Positions 1-12,320 of a DNA stretch of 64,000 nt are shown here, one piece after another. The position numbers and the translations under genes were made by a program. The notes under the pieces are model-generated. The model made no database searches, was not told where the DNA came from, and saw only the letters and a list, made by a program, of their open reading frames with translations. Where the stretch lies: the NCBI GenBank assembly GCA_051362555.1, contig CM120646.1, forward strand, positions 19,716,001 to 19,780,000, read 5' to 3'. Within the stretch, counting starts at the first letter, position 1. Each line of letters begins with the position of its first letter. The stretch comes from Lingula anatina (lineage: Eukaryota > Animalia > Brachiopoda).

Positions 1-78
1 CGTTGTGTAAGACAAAGAGAAACCAGGTTTGCCCCACATAATCACTGACTGTTACATTAACGTCACCTAAGTTAAGCC

Positions 79-270
79 TACCCTCTACCAGGGTGAGTGA
101 TAGATCTTTTTAACAGATATTCACAGATATGTCTCTAGCTAGATAGATGGTCATTTTCAGAGCAAACAGCACGTAGAAACTGAGTTTAGCTGAAAATGAC
201 CATCTATCTAGCTAATGACATATCTGTGAATATCTGTTAAAAAATCTATCACTCACCCTGCTAGAGGGTA
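79..270. repeat. Long imperfect inverted repeat (hairpin, ~85-bp arms)
   Basis: taccctctaccagggtgagtgatagat...ggtcattttcag (79-160) is the near-perfect reverse complement of ctgaaaatgacc...atctatcactcaccctgctagagggta (190-270). Confidence 0.9.
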
Positions 271-376
271 AGTTGCTAGGACGTAGCTAGATCGCAGGGA
301 AGGAATCGGGAAGGAGTTCGTGCGTGAGGAGCACGTCCATCGTGCGACTTTTGAAGGACGCAAACAGCACGTAGAA

Positions 377-697
377 ACTTTTCGACATGATCAACAGCCG
401 CTACGTGCGATCTTGCTACGTCCTAGCCGGACGCAAGGAACCAAAAAACCGTGCGTCCAAAACGTAGTTGGGACCTAGGCTTAACTTTTCGACATGATCA
501 ACAGCCGCTTCGTGCGATCTAGCTACGTCCCAGCCGGACGCAAGGAACCTAAAAACCGTGCGTCCAAAACGTAGTTGGGACCTAGGCTTAACTTTTCGAC
601 ATGATCAACAGCCGCTTCGTGCGATCTAGCTACGTCCCAGCCGGACGCAAGGAACCTAAAAACCGTGCGTCCAAAACGTAGTTGGGACCTAGGCTTA
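377..697. repeat. Tandem repeat, 3 x 107 bp
   Basis: The unit acttttcgacatgatcaacagccgct...gggacctaggctta starts at 377, 484 and 591 with near-identical copies. Confidence 0.95.
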
Positions 698-1373
698 AGG
701 AGGCACCCACCCACCCACTTCGTGCGACACGGATTCGGGTAAATAAAATCAAGGAGCGAACGTCTGGTAAAACCGTGAAAGGGAATAAAGTCCCTGAATA
801 TACCCCCTACCAGGGAGACAGCTTGGTTTTTCACTAGATATTCATAGATATGTCTCTAGCGTGCAGTTTTCTGTACCGTCACAGTAGAGAATTATACGAT
901 GGATAAGCCAGAATCATCTGTGGCCCTGGTACTTGTTGAGGGTAGCCTAAGTGCATGGCGGTGTCTCTCAAAAATCTACTGATACAGCCATCATGTAACT
1001 CTCGATGTAGTGAATACCCTTTTCAGTGCGCTTTCTGTTCCCACAAACTGAGAAAACGAGCTGTTTCCCTGACCTGTCTTGCCCTTATTTTAAATAAGAA
1101 GAGAAAAAGAAAATAGTTGAAGCCTTTTAAACTTTTTTTATCGGTATATCTTTTGTTATGGTAACAAAATAATATGAATTGATTTTCATTGAAAAGCTTA
1201 TTGTGGTGCATTCGACGCACTCTTTTTTAAGAATCAATAGGTCCTTTCTATAAAGTGTGTTTGGCAGGCTTAAATGGCTCGCTTTGAATTATGACAGAAC
1301 TACAACCTGCTGGATAACTTCCGCCCTTGCTCTCAAAACTTGGCGAATAATTATATACATCTCCGGCCTCAAG

Positions 1374-2039
1374 ATGGGAAATGAGGATATGGAAGTGCTT
1401 GTTTCCAAACCTGTTCCAAAGCAGCGGGCACTGACCAAAAAGCTGGTAAATTTGAATGTTTCAGAAGATTGTTAGACGATCAGTAAGATTTTATATACAT
1501 AAAAGCGTATTAGAAATTAACAGATTAATGCTCTTGATCATGGACCCATCTACTGGATCGTAGTTTTGATAATAAAATAAGCATCTTTATCATTGAATAA
1601 AAATGAATTAAAAACTAAGTTTTTTTTTTCGTAGGCTATGTATACAAGAGCTTTAGCGGATATAGATTGCGGGGATATTGACGGAAGCAAATCGAAGAAA
1701 CTGCCCGATGGAGATTTGATCAAGGTGAAGATAGAAAGAAAGGCCTGCAATCCAAAACAGATAGGGTTCAGGCTCAAACTCGGTCCTGACGTCGATTGGA
1801 GGAAAGAGCTCAAGCTTGTTGAAGACACCATGCAGAAACCCGACATACAGCTTTGCCGTTGTCAGGACGACCGGAGAGAACACGTGGTCTATGTGATGGC
1901 AGATCTGCTCGAGACTCACCAGTTAGTCCTTTGTAAGGCTAAGACCTTCGGTGTGATGAAACCGATTTACCTGGTTCAAGACGCCCCTGTAATAATAAAA
2001 GGAGGGGAAGTTTACACTTTCGAGTGGATTAAAGACTAG
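1374..2039 (+). CDS. Uncharacterised tandem-array protein, copy 1 (158 aa); exons 1374-1445, 1635-2039
   Basis: Exon A MGNEDMEVLVSKPVPKQRALTKKL ends at CTG|gtaaat. A phase-0 tag| acceptor at 1634 joins AMYTRALADIDCGD...KAKTFGVMKPIYLVQD...YTFEWIKD*. The same structure recurs in three paralogues. AATAAA lies at about 2567. Confidence 0.8.
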
Positions 2040-3110
2040 AAAGACACTAAAGACAATAAGTATACTGTCAGTTGAATTGGACAGTGTTTCACGTTCAACT
2101 TGGTACCGAGTCAAAAAATATTGAAATGTTAAGAAACTTTTTTTTAGGATTCACAATTATTGTGGTATATTTTTCACTTAGTCCGCTGTCCAGGTAACAA
2201 TTAATCGGTGCAGCTTAATTCGTATCATTACACAAGCTTTCAAATCCACTACGTAAAGTTTGGTTCCTATTTTAACTTAACCCAATCTTCCATAAAGTGT
2301 TTCGTATATCTTAAGCCGTTTACTTCTATCAAGGACGTATATTATACGCCCTTGCTTCTATGCAACAACCTCCATTAAATTTTAATCAAGACATCTTGTA
2401 AAAACAAGTTATTGAATATTCAAACATCGTAGCATTTGGATTATGTGTGGGAATAGCTTTAACAAAAGTACGGTGAAATAAATCCTAGCTTGAGTTTTGT
2501 TATTTAGTTTTTGTTATAGCAGAAGCAGTTTGTATCGCTCTTAAATGCAAATTCCTTATGTGATTCAATAAAGCAAAAAAAAAAAAAAAAAAAAAAATCT
2601 ACATACATCTCATAATCTTGTTTAGCTTTCAGCCTTCCAGTAGTAACGGACCTGAAATTTGTACTTGAATCAAAAGCCCAGTGTATTGCAGATGTTTGAT
2701 GAAGTCGATTTACAAATAAATACGTTCGTCGACTAAATGCAGCATTGCAGCATTGGTTTTGTGCGTCATCTACTTTGGTTTAAAAAAAGTGGATCTGGTT
2801 TCCCTGACCTATCTTGCCCTTCTTTTAAAAGAGAAGAAAAAGAGACTTTTTGAAAGTCTAATCAACCGATCTTGTTGATAGACTAATATTATGTTTGTTG
2901 AATATGTTATTTCTTTGCATTCAACAAGCACCTTTTTCTAAGAAGTCGATCAATAGGGACATCTCATAAAGCCTTCGTTCGACAGGCTTAATTTAAGTCG
3001 ACCTGATCACTCCCGCTGTCTTGTGGCTGAGCTCCGAACTTCTGAGAATCTGTTGGATAACGCTCCTGCTCTCAAAAATTGGCGAAAAATTATAAATGTC
3101 CGCCTTCAGA

Positions 3111-5032
3111 ATGGGAATTGAGGATATGGAATACCTGGGCGAAACACCTGTTCCAAAGCAGCGGCCACTCGCCAAAAAACTGGCAAGTTTTAATGTTTCA
3201 TAAGATTCTGAAGTTTATTAGACATGAATTTGCATTTGTATTTACATTCTAGCGAGTCAAGAATAGAGTTATGTATATTTAAAATGGGTTTTGTTTCTTT
3301 GTTGTTTGTTTTTGTTTGTTTCGTTTTAAGCTTGGAAAAAAAACTTCATAAATGAAAATTCGCCATCTCTTCCATGTAATTCTCACGGCAGATATATTTT
3401 ACCTATCTCCTTTAGGTATTGGCATTTTTTAAACTTTGAATATGTGCACCATAATAGGGAGGTTTCGCAAACAACAATACACGAAAGTATATGAGGTCGC
3501 TAGTCTGCCATATTTGAAGATGGAATGGGTGGTGAGAGGTGGCATAGGTAGAAAAGCTCTTTAGACAGTGTGATTTACCCACTTCCACATGAAATAAGGC
3601 ACCATAAAGACGATGGAAGGGACAAATATGTCTTTATATACCAAAAACTATGAATGTCAACGAGCGTTTATTGAATATCACAAAACTCCGCGATTGAAAA
3701 TTGATTCAGTTCTTAGGGGCTGCAATTATATTTTTGAGCAATCTTCCTCAAAATCTCTCTATGTTGCATTGGTGAGCTAATAAAAACATGCGTAGAGTGA
3801 CGTGCCTGTGATTCGTTTTTTAACTTAGTCGTTTGCGCCTATTGCCTCCTGGATCTTACCTTACAATGCTTCATCTTCGTATAGTAAATTTTTTCGGTGG
3901 ACAAAAATGGAAGTAACCCAATTGTCAAACATTTAACGTTTGCTGTGTAAAACAAACAATTCGATGCTTGGCTATCCAAATTCAAATAGAATTGAATAAA
4001 CCCCTTTGGTCGTAGCAATCGTAAATTGCATAGCGTTGGTCCAAAGTGCTCAATGAGCTGCAGCGACAATGTTTCAATCAGGAAGGAAGCCGCAAGGCAC
4101 GGAGGGTGAATAACAACTGCACTGTGGTTAAAAGGGGTTTCGTTTTCGATCTGTACCGGTACCTACCTGGCCGCGATGTCATGGGGGGGGGGGGGGGGTT
4201 CGGCGCCCGTAGACACTTACGGTGCAAAAAAGTGAACAGAAAATCCTATTCGATATGATCAGTTTCACCGCACGATGCACGTGACAAATATAACATAAGG
4301 TTAAAGGATAGGAAGATCGCTTTATAATTGAATTTATGAACCATTTGTTTGATTTTTTTTTAAAGTTCAAATCTTCAGCTTGATTAAATCATAGAGGTTA
4401 TGAAAATTGTGAATCCAACCGAATTCGTATGGCCATCGTCTGCCTCCACACAGACGCCTTACCTGGCGAAGGGGGACAAATGGGCAGTAAAGGCCTACGG
4501 CCACCGCACAGAAATGGCATGGCAAATGTAACCGAGGCTATGATTTGTTTCATGAAACAAATTTAGGCCTTCGGCATCATCATGACTTTGTATTGTACTT
4601 AGGAAAAGGTGTGTTTATTTTTTATAGGCTACGTATACAAGACCTTTAGAAGATATAGATTGCGGAAGCATTGACGGAAGCAAATCAAAGAAACTACCCG
4701 ATGGAGATTTAATCAAGGTGGACATATTAAAAGGGGATTGCAATCCCAAACAGATTGGGTACAAGCTCAAACTCGGTCCTGACGTCGATTGGAGGAAAGA
4801 GCTCAAGCTTGTTGAAGACACCATGCAGAAGCCCGACATACAACTTTGCCGTTGTCAGGACGGTCGGAGAGAACACGTGGTCTATGTGATGGCAGATCTC
4901 CTCGCGACTCACCAGTTAGTCCTCTGTAAGGCTAAGACCTTAGGTGCGATGAAACCGATTTACCTGGTTCAAGATGCTCCTGAAAAAATAAGAGGAGGAT
5001 CTCTTATCACTTTCGAGTGGATTAAAGACTAG
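3111..5032 (+). CDS. Uncharacterised tandem-array protein, copy 2 (158 aa); exons 3111-3182, 4628-5032 (GC-AG intron)
   Basis: Exon A MGIEDMEYLGETPVPKQRPLAKKL is followed by gcaagt at the position homologous to the GT donors. Exon B ATYTRPLEDIDCGS...ITFEWIKD* is 405 nt and intact. An in-frame ATG lies 5 codons upstream (3096). Confidence 0.75.
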
Positions 5033-5874
5033 AAAGACAGTTAAGCCAATAAGTGCATTGTCGATGGAAATGGCTCCCATATGCCGAGTTATGAGTTTGT
5101 CCAATGCATAAAGTTTGGTTCCTGTCTGTAATTTAGCTTGATTTTCTGCACAGTGTTTTAAATATCTTAGCCTTTTAATTCTTTGCAATATTTTCAAAAC
5201 ATTTTTAACATCTTCAGTAAATTTTAATGAGGTCATTTTGTAAATACAACTAACTGATTATTCAAAGAGTATGTATATACATAATTATGGATTATTTGCT
5301 TATAAGTTCCTTTTACAAAATACCAGATGTGGTGACATATTTTCGTGGTTTGTTCTCTGCTTTTTGTTATAACAAGTATTTGTGATGCTCTTTTACGTAT
5401 GTTCATTGCGATTCAATAAAGTTTCTAAAAAAGGAACAGCCGTCCAGTTATTTAGTAATCCTCTCATAAATGATAATTGAACAGATATTAATTCGACCCT
5501 CTAGTTTGTAAAAGTACTAGTCCTCCATATGGCAAAGTAATGTATGACACATAACTGCTGCGAGTGCAATAAAATGATTGTTCAAATAAGGGTTGGCGAA
5601 AACGACCGAAGATTATATTCTAATTAGGGCACAGAAAGAAAGTAGAAAATATCTGTTCAAATAACATCTCAAAATATTTCATTTTTAGGCTCCATCGTCC
5701 GTTTATATTTTTTTCATATTTTCTAACTGACATATTTTTGACATGTTTTTATTATGCACTTCGGGAGATTTTTTTTTCAATGTGAAATTTCAACTTGAAA
5801 ACTGTAAGTTTACTCCATTGCTCTGTAACAGCTGGTGCACGGACTGCACTTGTCGTCATCATCAACTGATCATG

Positions 5875-6008
5875 AGTTGGAAAGTTTTCATTTATGATAG
5901 ATCCAGATATTGATTTACCTGTTGACTGTTTCGTCTGTTCACTCTGACAGACTTGGTCACAACTGAATTACCTTTTCAGGATCTATCATAAACGAAAACT
6001 TTCCAACT
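5875..6008. mobile_element. Small MITE-like element with 30-bp terminal inverted repeats
   Basis: agttggaaagttttcatttatgatagatcc (5875-5904) pairs with ggatctatcataaacgaaaactttccaact (5979-6008). A paralogous copy at about 8353-8480 has a truncated right arm. Confidence 0.6.
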
Positions 6009-6560
6009 ATCAAAACTGAGGTCCAATGAAACTATTTTAACATGATCGTGAGTCGGGCCAATCCAGGGTTCTGTAACTATAAAGCATTGCGAATTGCGAA
6101 TAGCGATATCATCTTTCATTTCGAGGCTATTATATGGGGCGACTGTCCTGACAGTCTGCTAAACGTATTTACATTACATGCAGATTACCGCTATCGTTGT
6201 TTGACTTGGTGGGTTCTCTTTACAGGCTTATTGAGAAAAATGGATCTGGTTTCACTAACCTCGCATGTCCTTATTTTAAAAGAATTGTAGACATTGGACA
6301 TTTTCAAGATCTTATTGTTGGCTTTGCATTATAAAATTGACGTTTGTTGTATATAGGTTAAGTTGTCGCATTCAGCAAACACCTTTTTCTAAGAAGTCGT
6401 TCAATATATAGGCCCATTTCTTAAATCCTTATTTCGTTCGACAGGCTTAAGTCGACCTGATCACTCCCGCTGTCTTGTAGCTGAGCTCCGCAATCCTGCC
6501 AATCTGTTGCAAGACATCCTTACTTAACTTGGCATTAAAGTACAAATGTCCGGCCTTAGC

Positions 6561-7559
6561 ATGGGGAATGAAGACAAAGAATTTGCGCAAGCCCAATCTG
6601 CACCTGCATCGAAGCAACGGGCACTCACCAAAAAACTGGTAAATGTTTGTTTCTTAGGTTTCTGAAGATTATAAGTCGTCCAGTTGAGGGTTTAAATACA
6701 TGCCTGCATACTGAAAATCGGATTTTGTTAAATGAGCGTGTATTTTATTCTCTTCTTTGTCTTCCACTTGGCAACAATAAACATAGAAACAAAAGTTTGT
6801 CATCAGTTGCGCCTAACTTTGACATGTTATTGCAGTCCAGTCCAGTCCGCGAACCAAATAGTGAGCACCCAGGTTTTTTTATATGATGCGTGTTTATTTT
6901 CTATAATACAAACAATTCATGACAGATAAATGTTGTACGGATCTTTGCTCAACATTCGTCTCTATCTTTTTAGTTGATAATGGCGCTTCTGTCATGTACT
7001 TTTCACGTAAGATGTATTCTCCCTTGTTTGACAATCCAAATATTGAACAGAGGATCTTGCAAACTTGAATAAAAAGGTTTTTAATGCCTTCGACGCATTA
7101 AATGGTTGCTTGAATTTAGAAAAATTTTTGTAGGCTCTGTACTCAAGAACTTTTGATGAAATAAACTGCGGAAACATCAACGAGAGTGCGGCTGCAGAAC
7201 ATCCAGCCAAAGTGAAAAAACTGCCCGACGGAGATTTAATCAAGGTGGATACAGCAGAAAGCGCCTGCAATCCAAATCAGATTGGGTTCAAGCTCAAAAT
7301 GGGTTCTGATGTCGATTGGAGGAAAGAACTCAGGCTTGTTGAAGACACCATGCAGAAGCCTGACATACAGCTTTGCCGTTGTCAGGACGGTCGGAGAGAA
7401 CACGTGGTCTATGTGATGGCAGATCTACTCGAGACTCACCAGTTAGTCCTCTGTAAGGCTAAGACATTCGGTATGATGAAGCCGGTTTACCTGGTCCAAG
7501 ACGCTCCTGAAAAAATAAGAGGAGGATCTCTTATCACTTTCGAGTGGATTAAAGACTAG
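6561..7559 (+). CDS. Uncharacterised tandem-array protein, copy 3 (167 aa); exons 6561-6638, 7134-7559
   Basis: MGNEDKEFAQAQSAPASKQRALTKKL|gtaaat ... tag|ALYSRTFDEINCG...ITFEWIKD*; phase-0 junction. An alternative in-frame ATG lies at 6546. Confidence 0.8.
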
Positions 7560-9100
7560 AAAGACAGTTAAGCCAATAAGTGCATTGTCCAATGCATAAA
7601 GTTTGGTTCCTGTCTGTAATTTAGCTTGATTTTCTGCTCAGTGTTTTAAATATCTTGACCTTTTTATTCTTTGCAACATTTCCAAAACATTTTAAAATTC
7701 TTCAGTAAATTTTAATGAGGCCATTTTGTAAATACAAGTATCTGATTATTCAAAGAGTATATACATAATTATGGATTATTTGTTTATAAGTCCTTTTACA
7801 AAATACCAGGTGTGGTGACATATTTTCGTGGTTTGCTCTCTGCCTTTTGTTATAACAAGTATTTGTGATGCTCTTTTTCGTATATTCATTATGATTCAAT
7901 AAAGTTTCTAAAAAAGGAACAGCCGTCCAGTTATTTAGTAATCCTCTCATAAATGATAATTGAACAGATATTATTCGACCCCCCAATTTGTAAAAGTACT
8001 AGTCCTCCAAATGACAAAGTAATGTATGACACATTACTGCTGCGAGTGCAATAACATGATTGTTCAAATAAGGGTTGGCGAAAACGACCGAAGATTATAT
8101 TCTGAATAGGGCAGAGAAAGAAAGCAGAAAATATCTGTTCAAATAACATCTCAAAATATTTCATTTTTAGGCTCCATCGTCCGTTGATATTTTTTTCATA
8201 TTTTCTAACTGACATATTTTGACATGTTTTTTTATAATGCACATCGGGAGACTTTTTTATGTGAAATAACATCTTGCAAACTGAAAGCGTCTCTATTGCT
8301 CCGTATCAGTACTACACGGACTGCACATGTCGTCATCATCAACTGATCATAAAGTTGGAAAGTTTTCATTTATGATAGATCCAGATATTTGATTTACCTG
8401 TTGACTGTTTCGTCTATTCACTCTGACAGACTTGGTCACAACTGAATTACCTGTTCAGGATCTATCATAAATGAAAACTGAGATCCAGTGAAACTATTTT
8501 CACATGCTCGTGAGTCGGGCCAATCTAGGCCGCAAGTGGCGCACTCGCAACTCCGTTAAAAACAGTCATTAAAAAGCAAGGTTAACAACTTCAATTAAAA
8601 AACACAATAAAGGAGTAAATAATTTAGGGGTGTGCGCACCAGGGTATGTTTTTTAAAGACTTGTACGAATGAAAGCGTTCTTCAACTTTTTGTCTGCTGA
8701 ACGTATTTACATTACATGCAGTATTACTGCTACCGTTGTTTGACTTGGTGCGTTCTCTTTAAAGGGCTATTGAGAAAATGGATCTGGTTTCACTAACCTC
8801 GCATGTCCTTATTTTGAAAGAGTTGTAGACATTGGACATTTTAAAAATCTTGCTGTTAGCTTTGCATTATGGTATAAAATTGACGTTTGTTGTAAATAAG
8901 TTATGTTGTCGCATTCAGCAAACACCTTTTTTTAAGAAGTCGATCAATGGGCCCATTTTACAAAGACTTTGTTCGACAGGCTTGATTCAAGTCAACCTGA
9001 TCATACACGCTGTCTTGTGGCTGAGCTTCGAACTCTTGGCAGTCTGTTGGAAGACGGCCTTGCAAAACTTGGAAAAATATTATTCATATCCGGCCATACC

Positions 9101-10312
9101 ATGGGGAATGAAGACAAAGAATTTGCGCAAGCCCCGTCTGTTCCAAAGCAAAGGGCACTCACCAAAAAACTGGTAAATTTTAATATTAATGTTTAGTAGG
9201 TTTTGTAGGTCCCCGCATACTGAGAATCAGATTTTGCTTAATAAGGGTGTGCTTTGTTCACGTTTTCACGTCTACCGCTTGGCAAGATAATAATAAACAG
9301 ATAGACAATAGTTTGACATTAGTTGTTCATAACTGTGACATATAACTGTAGTCCAGTCATGAAAGCATCTGTGAACCAAATAATGTTGTTTTTTTAATAA
9401 TATAATGAGTGTTTATTTTATTATAATACAAATATATTCATGACAGATGGATGTATGTAAGGAACTTTGCGCAAGTTTCGCCTTTATCTTTTTAGTGGAT
9501 AATGGCGCTCTTTTTCATGTACTTATCAAAGCAAATGCATCCCTCCTTGATATGTTCACCTTTAAAATTACCAGTATTTGTTACCCTTGAACATGTAAAT
9601 GAAACTTTTGCCTCATCCAGACACACTTTGGATGACAAGAACGGAAATGATAATTTTTCAAAACACAAAAATTCCGTTGAGCAAAATAAAAATATTCTGG
9701 GTGTATGGCAATCCAAATATTGAATGGAGGATCATGTTAACTTCAATAAAATACATTTGAATACATTTGACGCATTCAATGGGTTCTATTTCTAATAATA
9801 AAACTTATCTCTCTATCCATCAGTTTGGATGAAAAAAATTGGCCTGCAGTGTGATCACATGGTTGCTTGAAGACCAGAAAATGTGTTTCTTTTTCTAGGC
9901 CACGTACACAATAACTTTAGAGGATATAGAGGGCGGGAGCACGGCTGCAGAACAAGCAGCCAAATTGAAAAAATTGCCCGATGGAGATTTAATCAAGGTG
10001 GATAAAAAAGAAAACGCCTGCTATCCAAATCAGATTGGGTACAGGCTCAAACTGGGTTCTAATGTCCATTGGAGGAAAGAGCTCAAACTTGTTGAAGACA
10101 CCATGCAGAAGCCCGACATACAGCTTTGCCGTTGTCAGGACGATCGGAGAGAACATGAAGTCTATGTAAAGGCAGATCTCTTTGAGACTCACCAGTTAAT
10201 CCTCTGTAAAGCTAAGACCTTAGGTGTGACGAAACCGGTATACCTGATCCAAGACGCTCCTGAAAAAATAAGAGGAGGAACCTTTATCACTTTCGAGTGG
10301 ATTAAAGACTAG
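9101..10312 (+). CDS. Uncharacterised tandem-array protein, copy 4 (161 aa); exons 9101-9172, 9899-10312
   Basis: accATGG Kozak context; MGNEDKEFAQAPSVPKQRALTKKL|gtaaat ... tag|ATYTITLEDIEGG...ITFEWIKD*. Confidence 0.8.
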
Positions 10313-10608
10313 AAAGACACTTGTATATCGTCAATTAAATTGTGTCCAATGTGGCGTGATAAGATTGCTAAGAAAATAATAATCCTTTTAAAACGTTAAG
10401 AAATCCTACCAATACCATGATAACTCAAAGGAGAATATGAATTAAGTTTGGATCCTCCTTGAAACTTTTCTTAATTTCCTATACCGACTTTCGCGTATAT
10501 TAAGCTGCCTAATTACTGTAAGTGACAGTCTGTTTCTAAGACATACATCTTCTGTAAATTTTAGTCCAAACATCTTGTTAATGTAAGTTATTGATTATTG
10601 GAAATTAA

Positions 10609-10935
10609 AGGGATAATAACTCTTCGTATGAGATCTATATTTCACAATAAAAACATTGTGAACAACTCATAGAAATATAATACATTCTGTTTTACCACAA
10701 AAACGGTAGTTATAGCTATTGGTCTGATATCTGAGCGTCTTTAGATCACGTGACCTCCATTGATGGCTATACTCTGTTATAATCTCTTAAGAGATTATAA
10801 AAAAAAAACTTAAAAAAAAACAGGTAGTAACTTTGAATGTAAAAATGGATTCATTAACCGTTGGTAAGTATGGGAAAATTGTTGTTTACTCCAGGAAAAA
10901 TATTTTTTTGGCCAAAACGAAGAGTTATTATCCCT
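10609..10935. mobile_element. Non-autonomous DNA transposon (Kolobok-like MITE), TTAA target duplication
   Basis: TIRs agggataataactcttcgt / acgaagagttattatccct, flanked by TTAA at 10605-10608 and 10936-10939. It interrupts 3' flank sequence that is contiguous in copy 1. Confidence 0.8.
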
Positions 10936-11959
10936 TTAAAATACTAGCCTGTGGATAATGTGTAAATGAGTTTTTTTAACAAAAATAATAAGATGTGTCT
11001 TTGTGGTTTGTTCTCCGTTTCTGTTATAGCAGAAGTGTTTGTGAAGCTTTTTGTAATTTAGTTATATATTTTAATAAAGTAATGAAAAAATTATAGAAAA
11101 AATAGCCCCTTTACTTTCTAATTTTCTTAACCCTGGCATATTTTTCAACATATTCCTGCCAGCTGGGGGTCGTACGGCTGGGGTGGTTTACGACCCCATT
11201 GCATTATTGATGAAATGCCGACATTTTTGTTAGTTAAATGCGGTAGTGGTGACACTTTTTGGTTGGGGAAAATGTATGAATGTATGAATCTTCAAGTTAT
11301 TGATTATTGGAAAATAATAGCGTTGTTCTTTTTTATGTAAATTACAGTATTTATTCGATTTAATTAAACGATAAAAATATTATAGAAAAAAATAATCTCA
11401 TTAGGCCTATTTTCTAATCTTTTTAATTTAGCTTTGTTACTGAAACCTTTAAGTTTCATGACAGGCTAATATGTAGGCCTATTGCTGAGAGCCATAGGGT
11501 TATGGGGAAGGGAATTTTAAAAATATTTACTATGTTTTACCATAAATTAACAAAGTTTAATAAATGAATGTATAAATAAATAAAAGATGGAGATGAAGCA
11601 AAATACGCTGACTACAAAATAAGTGCTTTTTTACCAGTGTTTATTCAGTCATGAACTGCTGATTAAATGATTTGCATCTGTCAATAATCGCCCTCATGTT
11701 TCACTATAATAGATTTGGATATTAAGAAAACATGAGGAAAAAAATCGATCTAAAATCAGTGTTTTTCAATTTTTTTTCCAATTTGAAACGGTACTGGATT
11801 TTTATTTCAACCACGTTCTGCAAGTGAGAGACGAGTTATCTTTAGGATATAGACTGATATACTACATGTATCTGACCATAGGTTCCGCTAATGTCTGTTA
11901 CAAAATTATTGTACTATTTTAGAGGCCCCTTATATCAGAGGGTTAGACTGATGTATGTG

Positions 11960-12320
11960 TCATGTGTAAGATAAAGCGAAACCAGATACATGTAAGCCTT
12001 GACAATCACTGACTGCTACATTAGATGGTCGCATAAGTAACGGAGACCCTCCCCATCCTCCCTCCCCCCGGCGTCCGACCCAGATTCGGGTAAAACATTT
12101 CGAAATTAGAGAAGCCTGAATAGGCCCACTACTAGAGTGACATATTGATTTTGCACCAGATATTCACATATGTTTAACAAAAGAACACGTCAGTCGGCTT
12201 TTAGTCTTTTGAACGCTTTTACATAATATGCAGTATTACCGCTATCGTTGTTTGACTTGTTTCATTGAAAAAAAAATGGATCTGGTTTCGCAAACCTCCC
12301 TTGACCTTATTTTAAGAGCA
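11960..12320 (+). pseudogene. 5' remnant of a fifth array unit (upstream region only, no coding exons)
   Basis: 11960-12170 resembles 1-60 and 720-860 (gtgtaaga.aaag.gaaaccag, aatcactgactg.tacatta, gattcgggtaaa, agatattcac). 12220-12320 matches the attaccgctatcgttgtttgactt...aaatggatctggttt...ccttattttaa block upstream of the other copies. Confidence 0.6.

Noticed and set aside
377-697. CRISPR-like appearance of the regular repeat, and ORF 523..834
   Set aside because: Units are contiguous near-identical 107-mers with no unique spacers, there are no cas genes and the context is eukaryotic. The ORF is a by-product of the repeat.
3455-4560. Possible transposon explaining the enlarged copy-2 intron
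   Set aside because: The sequence is absent from other copies, but I could not define convincing TIRs, TSDs or coding remnants.
1550-10192. Minus-strand ORFs overlapping the array exons (e.g. MSGFCMVSSTSLSS..., MSLEQICHH...)
   Set aside because: Antisense shadows of the + strand exons; their lengths and stops vary between copies.
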